From contig CAWELD010000003.1 in NCBI GenBank assembly GCA_963809895.1, positions 1,504,001-1,568,000 on the forward strand: a stretch of 64,000 bases of DNA. The letters run 5' to 3'. A model generated the notes under the pieces. It was not told where the DNA came from. It searched no databases and was given only the letters and a program-made list of their open reading frames with translations. The position numbers and the translations under genes were made by a program. Source of the DNA: an uncultured Gemmatimonadales bacterium (lineage in GTDB: Bacteria > Gemmatimonadota > Gemmatimonadetes > Longimicrobiales > Gaopeijiaceae). This document shows positions 52,527 through 60,299 of this stretch, piece by piece; position 1 is the stretch's first letter; every line of letters starts with the position of its first letter.

Positions 52527-52599
52527 GATCCCTCCTGATGCTGTAGGCGAGTGGCGAGAGCCTCATGCCCCCGCTCACGCCTATCCTGCGGTCCATCCT

Positions 52600-52971
52600 T
52601 CATGACGCAAGCCTCGTCTCGCGAAGCTCGGCGGCGATGTCGGGGCCGTCCTGACTCGCGGCGCCGGGGAATGAGGGGTGGTTCGGGCGGGTGGGTAGGT
52701 CGCAGCGCCGGATGCGTGGGCTCCCCGACTCGCCGGCGTTGGGGATCTTGCCTTCGGCGACTCTCTGCTGGAGCGTCGAGTACGCGTAGCCGGACTCCTC
52801 GGCGGCCTCCTGGAGCGTGAGTGACTGCGTCCGCCACGCGTGGATGGCATCGTCCAACTCGCCAGCGTAGCTGCGGGCCATGGATGCAGCGTCGTCCAGC
52901 CCCCTTCGGTCGAACGTCTCCGCCTCGTCGAGCCAGCGCTCGCATAGGTCGTGCAGGGGCTCCACGTTCAC
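52600..52971 (-). CDS. Excisionase-like helix-turn-helix protein
   Basis: LTLQEAAEESGYAYSTLQQRVAEGKIP; directly upstream of int. Confidence 0.75.
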   Translation of the reverse strand: MNVEPLHDLCERWLDEAETFDRRGLDDAASMARSYAGELDDAIHAWRTQSLTLQEAAEESGYAYSTLQQRVAEGKIPNAGESGSPRIRRCDLPTRPNHPSFPGAASQDGPDIAAELRETRLAS

Positions 52972-53186
52972 GGCGCGGGCACCGCCTCGGGCTCGGGGCT
53001 GCTATCCACTTCGGCGTCGTGACGTTGACGACGGCACCACTTTCGCGACCCGAACTGCGCCGCGCCGACTAGGTTTGCTTGAGCCTGAATGGAATCAACA
53101 TCATGGACGCGGACGCCAATCCACCTCGGTGGATCGAGGGCCTGGCGTCGCTCGCAGGGCGAATTCAACGAACCGGGTGCACTCAT
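52968..53186 (-). CDS. Small hypothetical protein
   Basis: ATGA overlap upstream and GTGA overlap downstream suggest translational coupling. Confidence 0.35.
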   Translation of the reverse strand: MSAPGSLNSPCERRQALDPPRWIGVRVHDVDSIQAQANLVGAAQFGSRKWCRRQRHDAEVDSSPEPEAVPAP

Positions 53187-53989
53187 GACTGCACCTTCGA
53201 GGCTTCGCACCTGGCACAGAGCGTGGCGGTTGGGCCGACTCTCGCACCGCACATGTCACAAACTGATCGCCCTCCTCTAGATGGCACCCGGAACGAGTCG
53301 TTGCGCCTCCCTTCAACGGCGCCACTGACTTCCGGCCGGCTCGCCCGCGCGCCTGCGCTAACCACACCAGTATTCCCACGATAGCGGCTGTTCTTGCCTT
53401 CATTGTCTTGGGTCTGATGCCTATGTTGCTTGGGGGTGTCGGCAAGGGGCTCCGCGGACTCCGAGCGGGGGCCGGCGCCCTGGGCTTCCTTGGGCGCCGT
53501 GGGGGGGGGTCGCTCGGACCCATCGGTATGGGTATCGGAGCATCGACGTCCGATTCGCTCGTCATTGCAGTGCGGGCACACCCCCGACTTCTTCCATCGG
53601 CCGCAATTGCCACAGGTCGGCGGCTCCACTTGGAATCGTGGTAGCCGGCGATGCGGATCAGGGTGGGGCGCCCGGTACCGGGGAAGGTCTTCCGATCAAT
53701 TTCACCGTGTTTCTCGAGCTTCTTGAGGAAGCGCGATACCTTCGATTGGGTCCAGCCCCACCTTTCTTCGAAGAAGCTGCGGGGACCCGTGGCAGGCACC
53801 TCGCGGGGTAGAGTAGCCTCCCTGCTCGCTACCGTCAGGCGCCCATACGGCCGGCGTTCGGAGGTCGACCCACGCCTCACGATAAGACACCTCATGACGA
53901 GTGGTCGACGGGTGTAATGGATGCTCTCGGTCCGAGAAGGGAGCGCGCGGAACTTTGATCCATCCGTTCTTGCCGGCGAAGCTCGTCAT
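53183..53989 (-). pseudogene. Frameshifted phage-type replication initiator (wHTH) with possible C-terminal CxxC motifs
   Basis: GWIKVPR...SYREAWVDL in one frame; RWGWTQSKVSRFLKKLE...TLIRIAGY in a second; CGNC/CPHC/CDMC/CARC in ORF 53183-53629. Confidence 0.65.
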
Positions 53990-54730
53990 GACCTTCTCCG
54001 ACTCGGGAATTCTCGTCGACATTGCTCCCGTTCACGTTGTCCTCGGTGTTGCACAGTAGACACTGCGTCGTCACTTGTCCTTCCTAATCTGAGTTTCTTG
54101 CTCCGAAAGCAGGTGAGGCACCGAGGGCCTCACTCTCCGCTCTTAGGCCTGTCCGTCGGCGCGCAGGCACCCCCGCGAGTATTCCAGAGTCCTCTTCGAC
54201 AGCCTGCCACGTTGCTGATGCATCTTGGTCCTGGGCTTGAGTCGTGGTCGGCGCGCCAACAGAGGGTTGGCGTCAGACGGATCGTAGGGACGAGTCCTCC
54301 GATTCCTCAAGGTCTTGCTGTTATACTGTGAAATCGCCTCATCTCTTACGTTGGGGTAGGGTCCCAGCAGTCCTCCGACGCCACGCTCGGCTCGGCGCGT
54401 GGGGTACCCATGACAGAAGGGGTAGCCTCGTCAGCGACTCCACCATAGAAGGGTGCGGAGCCCTCTGTTTGTCGGAGCGACTTGGGCCTTACGTTGGGCT
54501 ATGCCGGTTGACCACGATCGGTCTCTTGGTGGCGAACCACTGGCGATGAACACCGATCCCGGCTCGGATTCCTCCTTGACGTGCGTCGCAGGGGAGCGGT
54601 CCTCGAACACGCGCCTTCGTCCGCGGGGGCTGCCGATGCCGTGGTGGCGGCGTGGCCCTGCAGGTTGACATGGCCCGTGATCGGGTCAGTCTCACGAGCA
54701 CCCCTCTTCACCTCAGGAGCCTCCTCGAAC

Positions 54731-55141
54731 ATGCGACTTCTCTCCACCGCCCTGCTTGCCGCCTGCCTCTTCGCCCTCGCCTGCCGCACCACCTTCTCTC
54801 CGGGGGCGATCAACGCGCCTATGCCGGCACAGCTCGTGTCCACGGGGCTGGCCCGCGACTGGGGGTGCACGAAGCCCCAGGTTGAGAACCGAGCAAGGTT
54901 CTTGGCCGACAGCTTGGAGTACGGCCTGTACTACATTCCCGAGGTGGGCTGGGACGCGTGCGAGCTGCTCGCGCGTGATGGCCTGTGGGATGAGATCGAG
55001 GAATCAGACTCCCTGGCCGTCTGGCACTACTACGTGGCCGGGCGAGACCGGACCGTGACCCTGCGAGCCGACGAATACGGGCGATGGACGGTGGATGAAG
55101 TCGACTGGGAGGAAGGCAGAGGCCCGAACCGACGCCGCTGA
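54731..55141 (+). CDS. Hypothetical lipoprotein
   Basis: AGGAG upstream of ATG 54731; MRLLSTALLAACLFALAC lipobox. Confidence 0.7.
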   Translation: MRLLSTALLAACLFALACRTTFSPGAINAPMPAQLVSTGLARDWGCTKPQVENRARFLADSLEYGLYYIPEVGWDACELLARDGLWDEIEESDSLAVWHYYVAGRDRTVTLRADEYGRWTVDEVDWEEGRGPNRRR

Positions 55142-55238
55142 CGTCCCACATGGCGGGGGGCAAGGCCAATGAGCGGTTGGCTTCCGTCAGGGCGCCGGCC
55201 GGACCTGCCATCGAACCCTCGCGGGCCTCCCGAACTCA

Positions 55239-56036
55239 TCACCAAACCACCCGTTCCCATTCGCCGCCCGCCCGAGCACGACGCGCCGCGGCCACGATCG
55301 CCATTCGTTCAGCCACGGTAAGGTCATCAGAGACAACGTTCGCGGTATTCGCTGGATCGACCAGACGAGCAGTTCGGAACTCGTCCCCGAGGTAGCGAAG
55401 CACCTCTCCGAAGTTGTCAGCCACGGCCCCCGTGCGCCGTCCCCGAGTCGCGTTGAGTACCGCCAGTTCGAGTGCAAGCGACGGGAACTCGAGTCCGTGA
55501 AGTGCACGCCATATCTTCGTGAGCCGTACCTCCTCCAGCCGGCCGGAATCACGCACGAGGTTGATGTGCTTCGCCACGTCGGTCTGTGTCCAGCTATCTG
55601 CCTTTCGCCGGTACAGAGAGTGTCGGTTCACGAACCCACTCTGAATCCGGGCGGGCACGAGATCGATCTTGTGGTCCAAGACTTCCACACCGATCGAGAC
55701 GTTCTGCGCCCTGGGGCTCCAGCCCGAAAAGCCCGCCCGCTGGAACAGGGTCCAGTAGATCTGGGAAAGCGTCTCCGGGACGTCGTGTCGGACGGAGATG
55801 AACAGGTCGAGGTCCGTTTGACCTCCCACGGCGGTTCCCTTGGCGTTCGATCCGGAGACTTCGATCCCTCGTAGGTACTGTCCGCCCCACTCGCGCACCA
55901 CAGGATCGATCCATGCACGGAGCATGGCGATCGTGATCGGGCCTGCGCCGGTCGGGTAGCGCCGGAGCACCTGGCGGAGGTAGCGGTCTCCCTCAGACTC
56001 GAGCAGCAGCCCGAGGAGGCCCGAGTGCGTCGTCAT
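55239..56036 (-). CDS. CD-NTase (cGAS/DncV-like nucleotidyltransferase) B, short form
   Basis: SGSNAKGTAVGGQTDLDLF (GS...DxD), QNVSIG, KIDLVPA (third Asp), VRLTKIWR, FPSLALEL, DPANTAN. Confidence 0.88.
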   Translation of the reverse strand: MTTHSGLLGLLLESEGDRYLRQVLRRYPTGAGPITIAMLRAWIDPVVREWGGQYLRGIEVSGSNAKGTAVGGQTDLDLFISVRHDVPETLSQIYWTLFQRAGFSGWSPRAQNVSIGVEVLDHKIDLVPARIQSGFVNRHSLYRRKADSWTQTDVAKHINLVRDSGRLEEVRLTKIWRALHGLEFPSLALELAVLNATRGRRTGAVADNFGEVLRYLGDEFRTARLVDPANTANVVSDDLTVAERMAIVAAARRARAGGEWERVVW

Positions 56037-56791
56037 CAGCCGTTTCGGAGCTCCTCGCTCCAGATATCGAGGTCCATCGCGAGCGCAGTCCCAAGGCGCT
56101 GGAGTTCACGCATTAGTGCTGTGAAGAAGCCCACGAGCGCGGTGTCCTGATCGTACACGACCATCTCTCCGCCGTCCGTCGGCAGTTCAAACGCGCCGGC
56201 CTGTAGGGCTACCCCCAGCTGCAGCTCATCCTGTCCGTGGAGCTCCTCAAGGACGTTGCGGAACGTCTCCCCGAACGGATCGGCGTAGCTGGAGTCTACG
56301 GCCAAGATGCCACCAAGGATCAACTGGTCCGCCGGGTCCTTCCCCTTCTTCGGCTCGCCCTCGTAGGTGTAAATCGGTCCCGAAGTCCGGGCCAACGCTC
56401 GCACTGACGCCACTTTTTCCGCCGTCTCCCGAAGGGTGGCGCTGGAGATCTCCTGCTTGGCGTCGAACACAGCGTAGACACTCTCCGCTGGAACGAAGCA
56501 GGCCGTGCCCGCTTGGAAGAGAAACGGGGAGTACTGAGCGTCGTGGATGATGACGTCGAGCTGTCCAGAGACTCCACCCGCGTGATCTACGACGAACCCG
56601 CTCTGGACGGAGTACCTTCGCGGGAGGTAGGACGCGAGCATGTCTCGCCACCGCAGCTCGGCAGCAGCACCCTTCTCACCCTGATGAGGCATGATCCGAC
56701 GGTTGGCCGACAGTGCGGCCTCCATCTCGTCCTGCTTGGCCCGCATCAACTCGGCCACCGTAGGGGCCCGATCAAGGCGCTCAAGCGTCAT
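56036..56791 (-). CDS. nucC: NucC-like cyclic-oligoadenylate-activated endonuclease
   Basis: HQGEKG..AE..W..ML..YLPRRY, FVVD, QLDVIIHD.QYSPF, VPAESVYAVFDAKQ, KVASVR.L.RTS, ILGGIL, LQ..GT: end-to-end match to recalled NucC motifs. Confidence 0.88.
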   Translation of the reverse strand: MTLERLDRAPTVAELMRAKQDEMEAALSANRRIMPHQGEKGAAAELRWRDMLASYLPRRYSVQSGFVVDHAGGVSGQLDVIIHDAQYSPFLFQAGTACFVPAESVYAVFDAKQEISSATLRETAEKVASVRALARTSGPIYTYEGEPKKGKDPADQLILGGILAVDSSYADPFGETFRNVLEELHGQDELQLGVALQAGAFELPTDGGEMVVYDQDTALVGFFTALMRELQRLGTALAMDLDIWSEELRNG

Positions 56792-57239
56792 CCTCGTCTC
56801 CGTCCTTGCTGGGAAACTCCTGGTGAGAGCTCGGCCCGAGCCAGGCGCCGACCTGCTTCCAGACCTCGTAGTACTGCAGCCACAGTGCGGCCCACATCAC
56901 GACTGTGCCGGCAAGCGACTCAACGTCCTTCCAACGCCACTCCTTGGGCCAGTGGAGGCACAGGCTGCCGTCAGGCCATCGATGCGGCGCATCCGGATCG
57001 AGCCGTGGGCAGTCCACAAATACGCTCGGTGGTCCCCGCCGTTCGTACACGACCCGAATCCTGTACGAGTCGGAGTGGGGGCTGGGCTGTAGGTCTCCCG
57101 TCCACGTCACACGCCGGTCCCTACCCACCCCCGCTTCCAAACCCGGGAAGTCCCGCGCCATCGCCGCGATTTGCCCCCGCGGGTCCCGCGGCCGGCGATA
57201 CTGGCCCGGGCCGTGCCCGAGACTACTTCTCCGGCCCAT
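56781..57239 (-). CDS. Stand-alone E2-like protein of type II (short) CBASS
   Basis: W.G.LQP.P.S..Y, PHRWPDGSLCLHWP (catalytic Cys), WLQYYEVWKQVGAWLG; overlaps the cyclase A stop. Confidence 0.82.
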   Translation of the reverse strand: MGRRSSLGHGPGQYRRPRDPRGQIAAMARDFPGLEAGVGRDRRVTWTGDLQPSPHSDSYRIRVVYERRGPPSVFVDCPRLDPDAPHRWPDGSLCLHWPKEWRWKDVESLAGTVVMWAALWLQYYEVWKQVGAWLGPSSHQEFPSKDGDEDDA

Positions 57240-58269
57240 GGAAGGTCGTCGGCCTGCTTTGAGACGATCCAGAGGTCGCCGTCGCCGAGATGGCACCGGA
57301 CGACGAGACGAATGCCTTTCCGGGCGTGGCGGCTACAGCGGCTGCGAGCGCTTCGTTCTCCACTTCGGCCTCCGACGGCCAGAGCGTCGGGTAGACCTTC
57401 CGCCAGACCGCATGCGCGTCCTCGTCGCAGTCCGCGTCGACTGCCTTCCGCGCGGCCGCCGCCGCTTCACGAACCCTCCGCATGAACGCCTCGAACTCGT
57501 CTCGTCTCCAGCCAGAGGAGATCACTGTGTGGAGCTGGGGGTCCAGCACGCGTGGCACACCATCCCCATCATCCATCAGCTTCTCCCACTTCGACGCCAC
57601 ATGCTCGAAGAAGTGGCAGACGTTCTGCGCGGTGGACCGCCCTTCGAGGACCACGTTCCCCCCGACGACCGAGTGGTAGACGATCACCTCCAGGAGGTAG
57701 CTCTTCGGGCGCCGGTACACCATCTGCTCGTCCCGCCACGCCTTCACCAGCTTGATCAGCGGGATGAGCTTCTTGGCGTGATCCGCGTTGGCGGCCGAGA
57801 GACTCTTCCCGTAGCCGAGGGGGTCGGAGTTGATCCACTCCTGCTTGCTGCGATCCGGTATCCGCAGGGGAGCCTCAAGGCCCTCGTCCGCGACGGCCCC
57901 GACGATATCCAGGCAGAGGTCGTGAGCCGGGAAGTCAAGCCGGATCGAGCGCCGCTGCGGCGAGGCCTCTGCGGAGGCATCCGGATACTCGCTGAGGACG
58001 GTCTTCAGCTCACGGAGAACGCTCTCCGGGGTCCGGTCGAGGGCCTCATCCGGCAGGAACACCAGCGTATCGACGTCCTTGATCTCGCCGATCGCCGTGT
58101 GTCGTCCATACGACCCGATCAAACGTGAGTGTGGCGACGCCGTCTCGAAGTCGTGTTCCTTGAGCCACTCCCGAACCTCTCCGGGCAACCGCTGAGCGGC
58201 CGTGAGCCGGTCGTCAGATGGATTGACCTTCTTGAGCAGGGCCGAGAACGCGAAACGGGATGAAGCCAC
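57223..58269 (-). CDS. CD-NTase (SMODS) cyclase A with C-terminal FHG tail
   Basis: IGSYGRHTAIGEIKDVD, QRRSI, LDIV, NSDPLGY, LIKLVKAWR, KSYLLE; flexible tail ending RPTTFHG-PEK; GGAGG RBS before GTG. Confidence 0.9.
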   Translation of the reverse strand: MASSRFAFSALLKKVNPSDDRLTAAQRLPGEVREWLKEHDFETASPHSRLIGSYGRHTAIGEIKDVDTLVFLPDEALDRTPESVLRELKTVLSEYPDASAEASPQRRSIRLDFPAHDLCLDIVGAVADEGLEAPLRIPDRSKQEWINSDPLGYGKSLSAANADHAKKLIPLIKLVKAWRDEQMVYRRPKSYLLEVIVYHSVVGGNVVLEGRSTAQNVCHFFEHVASKWEKLMDDGDGVPRVLDPQLHTVISSGWRRDEFEAFMRRVREAAAAARKAVDADCDEDAHAVWRKVYPTLWPSEAEVENEALAAAVAATPGKAFVSSSGAISATATSGSSQSRPTTFHGPEK

Positions 58270-58398
58270 GGCGAACCTCCAGCGGGATCGAAGACACCCA
58301 GAACTGGAGATCTGCCCGCGTGCTGGGGAGAGGCTCCGCAGCGCAGGCCGCTACCGTCGAGTGTCGAAATGGTCTGTGGGCACACTCGTACCCTTCGC

Positions 58399-58471
58399 AA
58401 TGTGGCGTGAAAGCCGCGCGAGGTCAACCCTATGCAGTGGTATGAACTTAGGAGGCCACAATATGTTGTGG
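58399..58471 (-). promoter_or_regulatory. Putative CBASS promoter with tandem NrdR-box-like palindromes
   Basis: TTGACC (58427-58422) - 17 bp - CACATT (58404-58399); boxes CAACCCTATGCAGTGG (58425-58440) and CCACAATATGTTGTGG (58456-58471). Confidence 0.6.
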
Positions 58472-58547
58472 TACTTCGGCCCCTGTTCGGGAGCGCGGCA
58501 TCGTCGTCAAGGCCAGGAGATTCGCGAACACCGTTTCAAGGACTTTC

Positions 58548-58736
58548 TCAACGGGCGGGGTTCAAGAACTTTCCCGTCCCGGCATCCGCCTTGGGCTTGA
58601 TGAGGTCTCTTTCGTGCGCCAGCTCGTCGAGGTCCCGTTGCGTGGCCGAGAGGGCCTTGTCGGCCTGGACCATTTCCCGGTAAAGCTGCTCGCCGGGCCG
58701 AACCACGTCGATCGGCAGGAAGTAGGTGCGGGCCAT
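58548..58736 (-). CDS. Small hypothetical protein
   Basis: ATG immediately after the upstream TAG; GGAGG RBS; coiled-coil-like. Confidence 0.45.
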   Translation of the reverse strand: MARTYFLPIDVVRPGEQLYREMVQADKALSATQRDLDELAHERDLIKPKADAGTGKFLNPAR

Positions 58737-59000
58737 CTAGGCCACCTCCCCGTCGGGTCCAAACGCAATGTCCAAGAACCTGGCGGCCTGCCGAAATCCC
58801 CGAGAGATGGCATCGTCTTGAGCCTGTTTCTCCCGTTCGAGCATCTCGGCCTGGTGCTCGACATGCGCCGCACCGTTCTCCAACAGCTCGCGCACCCATT
58901 CCGACGTCCACTTCCCGAGCAGGGACGCCGCATGATGAACGCGGTCGTACATCTCGGGGGTCATCCTGACCGTCAAGGTCTCTGACTTCGTTCTCGCCAT
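58737..59000 (-). CDS. Ribbon-helix-helix DNA-binding protein
   Basis: MARTKSETLTVRMTPEMYDRVHHAA...TSEWVRELL; AGGAGG RBS. Confidence 0.7.
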   Translation of the reverse strand: MARTKSETLTVRMTPEMYDRVHHAASLLGKWTSEWVRELLENGAAHVEHQAEMLEREKQAQDDAISRGFRQAARFLDIAFGPDGEVA

Positions 59001-59174
59001 CTGTGGTGGCCCTCCTGTCTGCAATGCGAGTCGCGGACGCCGCACCTCGTGTGCGACTCGTCACGGCGACCCGCCCAGGTCGTTCGCCTCCCAATCTGAA
59101 GATCCGACCGGAATGGGCAACGCAGATGTCGGCACATCCGAAATACGTTGCGCGCACCTGCGCGTCAGGCCGGG

Positions 59175-59217
59175 TTGCTTCGATGTTGAAGCGTACGTAT
59201 AATTCATTATACTACGC
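59175..59217 (+). promoter_or_regulatory. Promoter of the second recombinase overlapped by an inverted repeat (putative recombination/operator site)
   Basis: TTGCTT - 17 bp - TATAAT (59198-59203); IR GCGTAcGTATAAT-TC-ATTATACTACGC (59191-59217). Confidence 0.7.
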
Positions 59218-59246
59218 ACCGACACTGCGACGAGGGGCCCCCTAGC

Positions 59247-60257
59247 ATGTCCGGGAAGCAACTGGAGATCGGCAACCTTCTGACCGACGCCAAGACGCCC
59301 TCGCTGGCGAGCGACGGAGGCTCGTTGGAGCAGCTCGCGAAGACCTTCAAAGATGGCCTCAGCGAGAACACGCGGCGCGCCTACGCACAGGATCTCCGGG
59401 ACTGCGCTCACTTCCTGGCGCGCCATTCCGGCGAGGTCGACCCGGACGTCTCCGAGCTGCCCGAGGGTGCGGCGTACGTGGCCCGGAAGCTTCTGCCCAA
59501 TGGCCAGGGCATGGCCAACGCCCTTGTAATCGGGTACCGGAGCTATCTTGGGGAGAAAGGCCGGGCCCCCGCCACGGTCAACCGCCGCCTCGCGGCAGTG
59601 CGCTCGCTGGTGAAGGCGGCCCGGTTGTTCGGGATCGTGACGTGGAAGCTGGAGGTCTCCAGCGTGAGGTCGCGGTCCTACCGGGACACGTCGGGTCCAG
59701 GGCTCAAGGGCTTCAAGAGAATGATGGCCAAGGCCAGGGCCGACGACACAGCCAAGGGTGTGCGCGACCGCGCAATCCTCCGGCTGCTATGGGACCTGGC
59801 CCTCCGCCGGTCCGAGGTCGTGGGGCTCGATGTCGAGGACGTCGACCTGGAGCGCGGGCGCCTCATGGTCCACGGGAAGGGGCGAGGCGAGCCTGAATTG
59901 ATGACACTACCGGACGGGACGAAGGCCGCGCTCGGGCGGTGGCTGGAGGTCCGAGGCGAGCACGATGGGGCCCTCTTCACGAACTTCGACCGGGCCAGTA
60001 AGGGCGACGGGCGCCTGAGCGGCACCTCGGTCTACCGGATGGTATGCCAGCGCGGAGAAGATGCGGACGTGAAGGACGTGCGCCCCCATGGCATCCGGCA
60101 CGCTGCCATCACGCACGCGCTGGACAAGTTCGACGGCGACGTTCGGACGGTATCGAAGTTCAGCCGACACCGGGACGTGCGCGTGCTCATGACCTACGAT
60201 GACAACCGCGAAGACCTCGGCGGCGAGGTCGCGTGTACGGTGGCGGCTGCGGTGTAG
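59247..60257 (+). CDS. Xer-like tyrosine recombinase/resolvase
   Basis: SENTRRAY, APATVNRRL, RDRAILRLL..ALRRSEV, HGKG, RPHGIRH, SRH, TYDD. Confidence 0.92.
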   Translation: MSGKQLEIGNLLTDAKTPSLASDGGSLEQLAKTFKDGLSENTRRAYAQDLRDCAHFLARHSGEVDPDVSELPEGAAYVARKLLPNGQGMANALVIGYRSYLGEKGRAPATVNRRLAAVRSLVKAARLFGIVTWKLEVSSVRSRSYRDTSGPGLKGFKRMMAKARADDTAKGVRDRAILRLLWDLALRRSEVVGLDVEDVDLERGRLMVHGKGRGEPELMTLPDGTKAALGRWLEVRGEHDGALFTNFDRASKGDGRLSGTSVYRMVCQRGEDADVKDVRPHGIRHAAITHALDKFDGDVRTVSKFSRHRDVRVLMTYDDNREDLGGEVACTVAAAV

Positions 60258-60299
60258 GAGGAGGATGTCGAGCGTGCGGCTCGCTCCAAAGCTGAACAG

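Noticed and set aside
55239..58269. Type III CBASS (HORMA/Trip13) or full type II (Cap2/Cap3)
   Set aside because: No AAA+ ATPase, HORMA, E1 or JAB motifs in any nearby ORF.
58548..59000. Toxin-antitoxin pair
   Set aside because: The downstream 62-aa ORF shows no recognisable toxin motif.
59191..59217. Chromosomal dif site
   Set aside because: Lacks the XerD arm TTATGTTAAAT and has only 4 bp between ATAA and TTAT; better explained as the local recombinase's own site.
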